Translations under genes and position numbers: made by a program
In this document: positions 9,293-20,028 of the stretch, one piece after another
Position numbering within the stretch: position 1 is the first letter of the stretch
Layout of the letters: the number at the start of each line of letters is the position of its first letter
The notes under the pieces: generated by a model
Told to the model about the DNA's origin: nothing
What the model saw: the letters and a program-made list of their open reading frames with translations, nothing else
The model's database searches: none
From: Parcubacteria group bacterium GW2011_GWB1_40_14
GTDB taxonomy: Bacteria; Patescibacteriota; Minisyncoccia; Terrybacterales; GWB1-40-14
DNA length: 49,050 bases
Assembly: GCA_000996085.1 (NCBI GenBank)
Contig: LBYG01000008.1
Coordinates: 1-49,050 of the forward strand
Reading direction: 5' to 3'

Positions 9293-10594
9293 TTATTGCA
9301 TAGTTTCGGGTGAGAGAGGACGCGGAAGAGGAACTATCTGGTTAGTACGCTGATCTATAATTTCTTTGGCCAAGGGAATAACTACCGTGTCTGTATTTAA
9401 CCCGGCAATCGGATTTGTAACTTTAAAAATTAACGCGCGTACTAACAATTCCTTATTATCTATGCCGTCATAGACCCACATTTTTATATAGCCTTGAGAC
9501 GGCGCGCTAAGCTCAACTTCCACCTCTTTCACATTCTCTTCATATCCATACCAATACTGGTTTGAAGCATAATCAAGTAATTTCTGTAAATTTTGCTCGG
9601 CATCATACGAAGAACTCTCGTAATGCTGAACGTCCAGACCGTTTAAATTACTGACTTTTCTTTCCCGTAAATTTACGCTCACAAAAAGACCGCTTGGCCG
9701 GCCGTCTTCTCCGTAAACAATCTCTCCGTTAATTTTAAGCGGATAAACAACCTGAACTTCCTCGGATATGTATGGCATTATCGGCATAGAACTAGAACTT
9801 GAGGGTTCGTCGCTGTTTACCATGGTTGCAATATTGTCGTATCGAATTATTTGCGGGTCCGCATAATTATTATGCGCAATACCGTAATCATTTAAAAAAC
9901 TCTCGGCAATATTTTTTATCTCTTCATCGCCGGGCACATCGCCGGCAACAAGCGGTTCCTGCGGCGGACATCCGTTCATGCATTGCTTAGCATATGGCCA
10001 AGTTTTCCAATTTTGAGAAAGCGATAACGTTCCTTCAGATGGGCTTACCCATACGGTATATCCGGAATCTCTATTTTCACTGAATGAAAAGGATTCTAAA
10101 CCCACATCACGAAAAGCAGATAAATTTATTGCTCCCGACAAAAATGTGGATAGCGCATTCAATACTTCACTTGTGGCCACGTTACCCTTTATGCGTTTCA
10201 ATACACTAATTTGTGCCGGAATTTCTATGGGTTCGCCCTTATATACGTATTTGTATATTGTAGGTTCGTAACGAAAGCCGTCAGGATACGTCGGACCAAC
10301 AACGCCACCTCCACCATAACCACCAGCGCCCATCCCCAATGGACCGGGAGGAGTTGCAGTAATCGGTGAAGAAGCAAGCCTGTCTTTGGATTCGCCCTGA
10401 GATGTTCCCGAAACCGCAGCAAGTGAGCCAAAAGCTTTTGAGCCGACTGTGCTTATTTCAAATGTAGAAGTTCCTGATGTGCCAATATTTGAACCTCCCG
10501 GAGAAAAAATATTATTCTGTATTAAAAATACTCCGCCTAAAATAACTAAAATTATTAAAACGACTCCCCCGCTCGCTAAAATAAATTTTTTCAT
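9293..10594 (-). CDS. Membrane-anchored surface protein of unknown function
   Basis: N-terminal TM helix, Gly/Ser/Pro-rich linker, long acidic ectodomain. Confidence 0.8.
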   Translation of the reverse strand: MKKFILASGGVVLIILVILGGVFLIQNNIFSPGGSNIGTSGTSTFEISTVGSKAFGSLAAVSGTSQGESKDRLASSPITATPPGPLGMGAGGYGGGGVVGPTYPDGFRYEPTIYKYVYKGEPIEIPAQISVLKRIKGNVATSEVLNALSTFLSGAINLSAFRDVGLESFSFSENRDSGYTVWVSPSEGTLSLSQNWKTWPYAKQCMNGCPPQEPLVAGDVPGDEEIKNIAESFLNDYGIAHNNYADPQIIRYDNIATMVNSDEPSSSSSMPIMPYISEEVQVVYPLKINGEIVYGEDGRPSGLFVSVNLRERKVSNLNGLDVQHYESSSYDAEQNLQKLLDYASNQYWYGYEENVKEVEVELSAPSQGYIKMWVYDGIDNKELLVRALIFKVTNPIAGLNTDTVVIPLAKEIIDQRTNQIVPLPRPLSPETMQ

Positions 10595-10901
10595 AAGCAA
10601 AAAGGATTTGCCGAGTGTATGCCTGAAGATGCTTTTGTTTAAATCGCTTAATCCGCAAGCTTAAATTTAAGCTCCTGGCGGTAACGCGAGTCTAAAAACA
10701 GTTTCAGGGAGGCTTTAACAAATACTCTATTATTTTATCATATATTATAATCAAAATCCGCCGTTTATACCTCTTTTTTATAAATTAACCTTCTATTATA
10801 TACTACGAAACCCGCCCAAAAAGGTAACAAAAATACCGCCCAGCCCTACCCAGCTCTAATTCTTAATTAGGGCTGGGTTAGAGCTGGACGGTTAAATATT
10901 T

Positions 10902-11435
10902 TTATTCCTGTCCTGATCTGACATCAACCTGATACTGCTCACGTAAACTATCTGCCATCTCCTTTGTCCCGCCGATAATTTCAATATCGTAGGGATAAGC
11001 GTACTGCGCACGATACCCTTGTTCATGCTCAATTACATTGCCCCACAAAGAAACCTTACCGATAGCGAAACACTCGCGCGGTTTTTCCTGAGCGCTGCCT
11101 TTTATATGAGAAAAAGTAACCTGCCACTGAACAGGAAACTTTCTCTCGCGCTGCATATATTTGCTCGCGTCTTCTTCGCTCTTAAAGGCGTGAATGCCGC
11201 ATTCGCAATAAAAATACGGGGCTGCATGAGGCACTTCAATAATTTTACTGTCAGAATTGAACCAACAAAGCCTGTCGGCAGCCATGGCAATACGATAGGG
11301 CCATGCTACATACATATAAAGCGGGGAAATTAAAATATATTTTCCATAAACCCAATGCTCATTTTCTATGGCGGTTATAACCCGCCAAACTTTCCAGGCA
11401 TAAATAGGCTCAACAAGGATCTGTTTATCGGACAT
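10902..11435 (-). CDS. CxCGIHA / GxVSLWG-E-GYRAxYAYP family protein, paralog 2 (possible ART-like fold)
   Basis: Motifs PIYAWKVW, HAAPYFYCECGIHAF, GKVSLWGNVIEHEQGYRAQYAYP. SD GGAG precedes MSDKQ. Confidence 0.8.
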   Translation of the reverse strand: MSDKQILVEPIYAWKVWRVITAIENEHWVYGKYILISPLYMYVAWPYRIAMAADRLCWFNSDSKIIEVPHAAPYFYCECGIHAFKSEEDASKYMQRERKFPVQWQVTFSHIKGSAQEKPRECFAIGKVSLWGNVIEHEQGYRAQYAYPYDIEIIGGTKEMADSLREQYQVDVRSGQE

Positions 11436-11508
11436 TAATAAATCTCCGATTTTTAAAAGACGTTGCCATAAGCATATCAAAACCGGAACAAAAACAAAAG
11501 CCCATCAA

Positions 11509-12093
11509 TTAGTGATGAGCTTGTGATAATTCTATTCTTGTATCAACCTGATACTGCTCACGTAACGAATCGGCGATACGACGATCGTCAGCAAGTACTG
11601 TTAGATCATAGGGGTAAGCATATTCGGCGCGATAGCCATCTTCACCTTCAATAATTTCGCCCCATAAAGAAACTTGGCCAAAAACCGTGCAACCCATTAT
11701 GCGATCGGGCAAAATACCTCGCTCGTTAGCACTAACAACAGTCCAAGGCTTAGCTGGATCCATTTTCATCCCAGTAAAATAATTAAATAGCTTTTCTTTT
11801 GTACGCAGGGCATATATACCGCACCTGCAATAAATATCAGGAACTTGATGTTTAAAACCAATCAAATGAACCGATACTTGCCTATTGCTGGATTTCGCCA
11901 GAGATGAGACAAGCGCGAAACAATCAGCTTTCAACGTTATACGCGGTTTCCATTCTGTATGTTTGCTAACAGCTCTTAAACGATAAACAATATCATCGGA
12001 GAATAAGTTAAGTACGGCAACGGCTTGCCACATACGCCAGGCAATTATCGGCTCTTCTGAAACAACGTGCGGCAATACCTTGGATTTGCTCAT
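11509..12093 (-). CDS. CxCGIYA family protein, paralog 1
   Basis: PIIAWRMW, HQVPDIYCRCGIYAL, GQVSLWGEIIEGEDGYRAEYAYP. ATGA overlap with the upstream peptide. Confidence 0.8.
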   Translation of the reverse strand: MSKSKVLPHVVSEEPIIAWRMWQAVAVLNLFSDDIVYRLRAVSKHTEWKPRITLKADCFALVSSLAKSSNRQVSVHLIGFKHQVPDIYCRCGIYALRTKEKLFNYFTGMKMDPAKPWTVVSANERGILPDRIMGCTVFGQVSLWGEIIEGEDGYRAEYAYPYDLTVLADDRRIADSLREQYQVDTRIELSQAHH

Positions 12094-12287
12094 GCTTGCC
12101 CTGAGCCGTTCGGCACTGAGCTCACGGCCGAAGTGCTAGTCGAATGGGCCGGAACTTTCTCAGGCACTTTAGCCGGAGGTGTGGGCTCGCGCACCGGGGC
12201 GGGATCGGGAAACTTGGGTAGAGGGGTCGGAATCGGCACAGATTTAGGGTTAACAGTAATACGTCTTTTGGGCTTACCTATTTCCAT
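12090..12287 (-). CDS. 65-aa Pro-rich peptide (MEIGKPKRRITVNPKSVPIPTP...)
   Basis: SD GGAG 7 nt upstream, 4-nt overlap with the next gene, GC-rich coding island. Confidence 0.75.
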   Translation of the reverse strand: MEIGKPKRRITVNPKSVPIPTPLPKFPDPAPVREPTPPAKVPEKVPAHSTSTSAVSSVPNGSGQA

Positions 12288-12392
12288 CTTATTGCTCCAT
12301 ATATTTTCAATTTTCTGCTTATGTTTTTTATAAACCAAATTGCTCAAAAAAACAATAGAAAAAACGACTTACTTAAAGTAAGTCGTTACCTT

Positions 12393-12767
12393 TTAACTAA
12401 AACTTTCGTTGAGAAGTTCATTTATTACCTTCTTTAATTCTTCGGTTCTGTTTTCTTTTACCAGTTCAAGAGGACTTTTACCAAAAAATACTTCTTTGGG
12501 TTCACGCAACCATTTTCGTATATAACGCTGTTCTACAATTTCAGAAAGTAAACGGCAAACGTCGTAAAGATAATCTATACGTACGCGCGCTTCAACCACC
12601 AAAACGTTATATCTCTCGCAATTGCGAATTGCGCGGACAGACACGCCGGCGGCAGAAGAAATATCGCGATAGCTAAGGAAACATTCCCGACGCAAAGCAG
12701 AAATTTGCTTACGGGCTTCATGCGTTTGCGGCAATTCTATGGACAATTTGCACACCCTCCGCCACAA
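12393..12767 (-). CDS. Xre/MbcA/ParS-type antitoxin (HTH plus toxin-binding domain)
   Basis: HTH LSYRDISSAAGVSVRAIRN; C-terminal WLREPKEVFFGKSPLELV. Confidence 0.75.
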   Translation of the reverse strand: MWRRVCKLSIELPQTHEARKQISALRRECFLSYRDISSAAGVSVRAIRNCERYNVLVVEARVRIDYLYDVCRLLSEIVEQRYIRKWLREPKEVFFGKSPLELVKENRTEELKKVINELLNESFS

Positions 12768-12979
12768 CAGGACTCTCTTTCGAGTTCGGCCTTGTGCTTA
12801 GCTTCATGTCGTACAATATGACCAAAACATACAACAGCATGTCCGCAACTGGCTTCTCTGCACATTTGGGTCATGCCCTCGGTAGGACAACCCAATTCCT
12901 CACATTCGACACATTCGGCAGGCTCAGTGCAGGCACATTCGGCAGGCTCAGTGCAGGCACATTCGGCAGGCTCAGACAT
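12737..12979 (-). CDS. Small Cys/His-rich protein with EPAECACT repeats
   Basis: SD AAGGAG, 14 Cys, 24-nt tandem repeat 12910-12976. Confidence 0.6.
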   Translation of the reverse strand: MSEPAECACTEPAECACTEPAECVECEELGCPTEGMTQMCREASCGHAVVCFGHIVRHEAKHKAELERESCCGGGCANCP

Positions 12980-13102
12980 TTATTTCTCCTTTAAAAGAAC
13001 CTTTTTTATTTATACAGCAACGCCTCTAAATTATCAAATAAAAAACACCCAGCTCTAATTAAGAATTAGGGCTGGGTATTTTTATAAATTTCAATTTAAC
13101 GA

Positions 13103-13656
13103 TTATTTCTTAATTTGTTTCCACAACCACGCGGCAGCAAGAACTCCCACAACGAGCCATACGATCATCATAAGCAACATGGCGAAACTATAGAACCAAG
13201 CACTGCCTGAATTCATATAACCATATCCCATTATATTATTCATATAACAGCACCGGCAGGATAAGCAGCCGAAGTATCGCATCCTGAAAGTCTCTTACCC
13301 ATGGCTATGTGCATCTCCTCGTTTCCTTCTTCGCCGATTACGCTATCCATATTTTCATCCATAAGTTGGTGTGATGAGCCTACCATAAGACTCATGAAAT
13401 AATCGCCCATAACTTCAAAGTCTTCATCGGTAAGCTGTTCGCAAGAAACTTGCTTTGCTTGCAACTTATCCCACACTTCTTTACCTTCTCTCTCTTCTTC
13501 GGCAAGAGCAGCGCTTGTTTCTGCGGCACCGGTCTCCATCATGTGCTGTGCATCATCATTCACCATACCATGCGCATAAACCATCGCGGCAGAAAGCGGC
13601 ATAAAGGTTACGCCCAAAATAAAAGCTAAGTTCAAAATAAATCTATTTTTATTCAT
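13103..13656 (-). pseudogene. Met-rich secreted/membrane protein split at about 13242 (13240-13656 plus 13103-13243)
   Basis: Signal peptide and MGDYFM..H..M..MH.AMGKRLSGC part. The natural C-terminal MGYG...TM...WLWKQIKK continues in another frame. Confidence 0.6.
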
Positions 13657-13763
13657 GTTTATTTATAAATGGTTATTGAATATCTTTAATTAAATTATAC
13701 CACTTTTTCACAAAAAATAACACTGTAAAAATCGTCCACGTTTAAGCAGAAATTCAATAAAAA

Positions 13764-14081
13764 TTATTTTCCCCAACCGCCTACAAAAGGCGCTTCAGGA
13801 CAATGTATGAAACAACGTAAAAATAAACTCGCATCAGTAGGCGTGTTTATAAAGAAAAAATGCAGGATGCGCGCGGCTATTAACCAAAGCAACAAAACAA
13901 TTATAACGGCAACCAAAGATTTACGCTTTATGCCAAACTTAGAATTAAGCTTTCGGATTGCCAAAAAAATAAGAATAATTGCGGGTAACGTTAAATACCA
14001 GAAATAAAGAGTGGCTTTAATGCCAACCTCAAGAGTATTGGGTTTCCAGATGTTTGGTACCTGCGCCAAAAAATATTCCAT
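13764..14081 (-). CDS. Small 2-TM membrane protein
   Basis: Two hydrophobic helices; ATG 7 nt after TAAAAT. Confidence 0.65.
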   Translation of the reverse strand: MEYFLAQVPNIWKPNTLEVGIKATLYFWYLTLPAIILIFLAIRKLNSKFGIKRKSLVAVIIVLLLWLIAARILHFFFINTPTDASLFLRCFIHCPEAPFVGGWGK

Positions 14082-14301
14082 TAACTATATTTTAACATAT
14101 TTGATCATTTGCAACGACCAAATATACCATCTGGCTATGCGCGCTATATCTGCCGCCTATTATTTTATCTGCCTTAGGGTTATTTCTTGTTGCCATACTG
14201 TACGCATTATTTTATGCATTTCTTAGTGTCTTGATCTGGATAAAACGCAATAAAAAATATAAAAATTCAAATTAAAAAGCGCTATTGTTTAGCGCTTATT
14301 T

Positions 14302-14673
14302 TTATAAATAGGCTCCGTCAGCATAGGCAGAAGCGGCTTCATAAACCAGAGATGAATTATCTTCTCGTAAAAGTTCAAGAGGCGTTCTGCCTTTAAGATA
14401 TCTCAACTTAGCATGAAACCATTCGTTGATTCCCTGGTGGCTTAAAGATTGATGCAATTGCACCATTATTATGTCGCGTATTCTGATAAGTCTTTCTCTT
14501 ATTGTGCCGGTCAAAAGCGTACCAAGCGTGCGAAACTCTTTATGCTCATAAACTGAAACGCTTATCATTTCAGCAACTTCTTTTTCTGTAAATTTATAGT
14601 CCTCTATAAAAGAATCTATAATACTTAAAGCCGTTCTGGGACTTTCTAATTTGCAACAACTGTCAGACGCCAT
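14302..14673 (-). CDS. Xre/MbcA/ParS-type antitoxin
   Basis: HTH-like FTEKEVAEMISVS; C-terminal WFHAKLRYLKGRTPLELL...AASAYADGAYL; SD GGAGG. Confidence 0.75.
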   Translation of the reverse strand: MASDSCCKLESPRTALSIIDSFIEDYKFTEKEVAEMISVSVYEHKEFRTLGTLLTGTIRERLIRIRDIIMVQLHQSLSHQGINEWFHAKLRYLKGRTPLELLREDNSSLVYEAASAYADGAYL

Positions 14674-14726
14674 TTAACATGCCTCCTTTTCAAAGAACCT
14701 GAAAATGCCTGACGCAGAGCTTAGTT

Positions 14727-15236
14727 TCATATTCTTACTTTAAACATTGCTTTTGAAAAATCACTGTCGTTTTTGGCCTGCTTTATGTAATCGATAGGAG
14801 CCACATCATAGAGATAATCGTTCGGTGCTTTAAGCCATCTGATAATATCTCTCCGCTTAAAAGAAAGGCTGTTTGGAATGGGCTTGCTGAGATAAAAAAC
14901 AACCTCTTCAAGCATTTTTAGGCGTTTAAGATATGAATATGCTGAATCATAATCGGATTCTTTGCCGACAAAACCTTGGACGGTTTTAATACCGAACCCA
15001 TATTCGGGAAGTCTGGCTTTAAGGAAATCCTCGATCGCTTCTGCTACATATACCTTAAACGAATGGTACAAAGCAGATCTTTCAAAACTCTCTCCACCCG
15101 GAGTAGCTATAATTCCGCCCGTAACCTGCTCAAAAACACAATCACAATGTTCACAGCCGTAAAGCGAACCGCGTCCGCCGCAGCTGCCGCCTTCAAGAAA
15201 AACAACTGCGCCGCCGCACAGACTGCACTTTTCCAT
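14727..15236 (-). CDS. Zn-ribbon protein fused to an MbcA/ParS-like C-terminal domain
   Basis: CSLC...CEHC at the N-terminus; WLKAPNDYLYDVAPIDYI at the C-terminus; SD GGAG. Confidence 0.65.
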   Translation of the reverse strand: MEKCSLCGGAVVFLEGGSCGGRGSLYGCEHCDCVFEQVTGGIIATPGGESFERSALYHSFKVYVAEAIEDFLKARLPEYGFGIKTVQGFVGKESDYDSAYSYLKRLKMLEEVVFYLSKPIPNSLSFKRRDIIRWLKAPNDYLYDVAPIDYIKQAKNDSDFSKAMFKVRI

Positions 15237-15388
15237 TTTTATCTCTCCTTCAATACTGCTCAGGACAAGCTTTTTCAAATAACTTATTTTCTTATACCAG
15301 TCCTGTGGATAAAATCAATCTATAAATAAAAACAACAAAAAAACTTCTATGTAGAGAAGTTTTTTATTAAATCCAATGTTCGAAATTT

Positions 15389-15697
15389 TTAACCAAGACC
15401 CTGTAAAGCGCCAAACGCTGAAATGAGCAGTATAACGCCGCCAATAAGACCCAGAACATCCGCTATCATATATAAAGTTAACGCGGTTAAGAATAACGGA
15501 ATAATCGTTTTACTAAAAGTTTTAGGATTTCCTTTTTTATTTACACGGCGTAAATGGATCACAAAACCCAATACCGGCAACAATAAAAGTGGACGGAAAA
15601 TTAAAGGCATCCCGGCTAAAACAAACAAAATTGCTGCAAGATGGTACTGATTATCCCAAAGCCAAAAAACCGGTTTAAGAGAAAAAATTATATCCAT
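15389..15697 (-). CDS. Small membrane protein
   Basis: 102-aa hydrophobic ORF. Confidence 0.6.
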   Translation of the reverse strand: MDIIFSLKPVFWLWDNQYHLAAILFVLAGMPLIFRPLLLLPVLGFVIHLRRVNKKGNPKTFSKTIIPLFLTALTLYMIADVLGLIGGVILLISAFGALQGLG

Positions 15698-15832
15698 ATA
15701 ATATAAGCTAACTTCATTTTACCACGAAAAAACAACACCCAGCTCTAATTTTAAAAATTAGGCTGGGCAAGGCCATCCGCCAACTGGCGGAGTTTTTACG
15801 CTTCTGATGCTCATAAATCCGCCATTGATAAT

Positions 15833-16285
15833 TTATTTCACCCACCACATTTTTCCCATATCAATAATGTGGCTGATTTCTATCGCCTGCAAAAACGTCA
15901 ATATAACATAGACGGTGAAACTAAACACTAAAAATATTTTTTTCCTTTCTGTGAAAAAATGACTGCCAATCCTCTCTTTAAGTAAAAGAACTAAAAATAA
16001 AAACACAAGAACTGGCAAAATAAGAACAGTGGAATTAAAAGATGTTATTAAGACTTGATTGTTATACCAAACTGCAAAATTCTCATCTCTTTGAGAAATC
16101 CAACCAGAAGGCGCTTGATAATATCCGTGTTCGTCACATGGGGTATATAAATTAACCTCATGCGTTTTTAAATTTATTATTTTTACCGGATAACAAGGCC
16201 CGGCAGCAGCTATAGACGGCACAAAAACAAATATTGCAGAAATAAGAACAAAGATTTTGTATGACAAAAGTTTTTTTATCTCCAT
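15833..16285 (-). CDS. Membrane protein with signal peptide and a Cys pair
   Basis: Signal ending AAA-G, CxxV...PC ectodomain, two TM helices. Confidence 0.65.
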   Translation of the reverse strand: MEIKKLLSYKIFVLISAIFVFVPSIAAAGPCYPVKIINLKTHEVNLYTPCDEHGYYQAPSGWISQRDENFAVWYNNQVLITSFNSTVLILPVLVFLFLVLLLKERIGSHFFTERKKIFLVFSFTVYVILTFLQAIEISHIIDMGKMWWVK

Positions 16286-16414
16286 AACAATTATATTCTA
16301 TCACCTACTCCGCTCGTATAAAAATAAATTGTTCCTGCAAGCATCGCGTCTGTCTAAGCGACCCAGCACCAGAACAAGTACGGTACTGGGCAGGCGCCGC
16401 GGAAGAAATTTTAT

Positions 16415-16580
16415 CAGCGCATTTATTTGAGCTTCATTCGAGAAGACATAAGTTGGCCGTTGAGCAAAGTGCCGTGAGGCACTGTTTGAGCGAACGAAGA
16501 GAGCGAGTTTGCCGGAAGGCGCTTTGCGAAAAGCTAGCCAACAATTGTCCTCGCAGACAGAAGCGAAGATAATTGCGCTG
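16415..16580. repeat. Structured intergenic element with terminal IR and a tgtttgagcg..agcgagtt core
   Basis: cagcgcatttat/ataattgcgctg ends; inner stems gttggc/gccaac and agtgcc/ggcact. Confidence 0.5.
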
Positions 16581-16944
16581 AAATAAAAATGTGGTCGCGT
16601 GGCAAATGCGACTGATTGCAAAAAGCAAAAATAACCCCTCCGCCAGTTGGCGGAAGGGGTTATTTCCATAATTTTGAGCAAAACTCTCTCTCGCTATTCC
16701 CGTGAACGAATCATGGGATGCTTAGGAAGACGCCTAAGCTCGCCAGACCTTACCTAGGTCTACGGTACCGACATTTAAAGTTATCGGTAAAAACTTTATC
16801 TAATATTTAAAAAAAATATCAATCGACACCTCTAGAGATTCTTCGATTAGTGTTCGGCCTTGCGGATTTTACTCCATGGGGATGAACGGTTTTAATCGTT
16901 GATAACTCACCCGATGTATCTCGGGGTTGTATAAATACTCCCTA

Positions 16945-18476
<1,532 letters not shown>

Positions 18477-19013
18477 ATGATAAATGTGATTCCGACGCAA
18501 AGGTCGGGCGTGCGAACAGAATTTAAGAAAACAAAATCATTTTTTAGAGTCTCATGCAAACCTGGTGCTTGCATAAGACGCTAATCCCAAGTTATTTACA
18601 CGGGAATAGCGAGAAAGAATTAATTATGCTCAAAATAAAACGATGTAATTTATTGGATAAATAAATTATTACTTGCGTTAATGTCCTAACAATGACATTA
18701 ACTGCAGTGTTAAAATTTCAATGTTCTTTCTTTTAACAACCCTTCGACTTCGCTCAGGGTTATTTTTCGCAACTTATAATAAAACTTATTACTGAAGCGA
18801 AAAACAAGACGTGGTTTTGAAAAATCCTTCGATAAATTCAGGATAAATAAAACCGGGAAGACGTCTCTCGCTGTCATGACAGCCGCCTTCCCGGTCTTAC
18901 GACACTAGGAATTGGTTTATTAGACGTCTTGTTATTATTGCTACATATTTTTTAACGCATCGTCCATCCTTCGATAAACTCAGGATAAAAAACTCATTCT
19001 CCGATGCGTTAGA

Positions 19014-19043
19014 AGTATATACCCTGGCAACAAAGGGTGTCAA
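19014..19043 (-). promoter_or_regulatory. Probable 16S rRNA promoter TTGACA-18-TATACT; boxA-like GAACATTGAAA at 18716-18726
   Basis: Near-consensus sigma70 elements upstream of the rRNA leader. Confidence 0.6.
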
Positions 19044-19177
19044 CCCCTACACCATTTTTGCGTCAATAATATCGTAGATACCAATATTTAACCTTTAAAC
19101 GATAATGCAAAAGTTTTGGAGCGTTGTAACGCTCCAAAACCACTAGCTCATTCTGCAAAAACTGGTGTGGGGGTCAA
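19040..19177. mobile_element. MITE with TCAA duplication, copy 3 (CCCCTACACC...GGTGTGGGGG subtype)
   Basis: Same internal gttttggag/ctccaaaac hairpin; close copy at 21510. Confidence 0.85.
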
Positions 19178-19296
19178 GCCCAGCTCTAATTAAGAATTAG
19201 GGCTGGGCAAGTCCACCCTAATACACTTGACGAAAACAATAATTAATGTAATTATAATAATAACTTTTCTTCGAAAACCTTGTGCGTGAGGCAGCG

Positions 19297-19992
19297 ATGA
19301 ATATTCGAGCTGTAATACACGACTTTGATGGGGTCTTAAACGACTCCTTCCATGAAGGTTTGCGCAGAATACGAAACATATGCGCAACCTTTGAAGTTAA
19401 CTTTACTCCTGTTCAGCGCAAAAAGCTGACACAACTTTGGGGCATACCCGGAGAAAAATTGCTGCAGCGGGGACTTGATGTTTCCCCTGCCATGGCCAGA
19501 CGACTATATGCGGCATGGGAACGGCTTGATATTGCCGACCCTATACCTCTCGTTCCCGGAACAAAAGAACATTTGTTCTGGCTTCGGAGAAATGGTTTCT
19601 GCGGTGGGCTTCTCACATCACGAAACCGCCCGAACATTGAATCCATTTTTGAAGAAATGGATCTGATGCGCGAATTCACGGTCATATCTACAAAACAAGA
19701 AAGCCCTTACAGCAAACCCGACCCGAGAGTTTTTGACTATATCCTTGGAGAATTCAAAAGTCTCTGCGGGATAACCAAAGAAGAATGTATCTTTGTCGGT
19801 GACACGCCGGCGGACATGAAGGCCGGACACGAGGTCGGCATCGAAACCATTCTTGTGCAAACGGGTCCGTATCTGCTCAGGCACGCTGCAGAACTGCCCA
19901 TTCCACTTGAAAATGTCTTGAATTCAATTGACGACTTGCCTCTTTGGATAGAAGAACATCACAATGGCGAGATAAAACATCCGTACATTTAA
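19297..19992 (+). CDS. HAD-superfamily hydrolase (phosphoglycolate phosphatase-like)
   Basis: DFDGVL, LTSR, KPDP, FVGDTPADM. Confidence 0.9.
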   Translation: MNIRAVIHDFDGVLNDSFHEGLRRIRNICATFEVNFTPVQRKKLTQLWGIPGEKLLQRGLDVSPAMARRLYAAWERLDIADPIPLVPGTKEHLFWLRRNGFCGGLLTSRNRPNIESIFEEMDLMREFTVISTKQESPYSKPDPRVFDYILGEFKSLCGITKEECIFVGDTPADMKAGHEVGIETILVQTGPYLLRHAAELPIPLENVLNSIDDLPLWIEEHHNGEIKHPYI

Positions 19993-20028
19993 AATAAAAA
20001 ACCGCGATTTTAAAATCGCGGTATTATT

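Noticed and set aside
10923-11565. DGR template/variable repeat pair
   Set aside because: No reverse transcriptase and no adenine-specific mismatch pattern; the two genes are simply paralogs.
12901-12977. 24-nt repeats as a mini CRISPR array
   Set aside because: Units are directly tandem with no spacers.
13240-13243. UGA readthrough or genetic code 25
   Set aside because: The continuation is in a different frame, folA and tmk end in TGA, and long genes are open in code 11.
10902-16285. Prophage or integrative element
   Set aside because: No integrase, transposase, structural genes or att pair seen.
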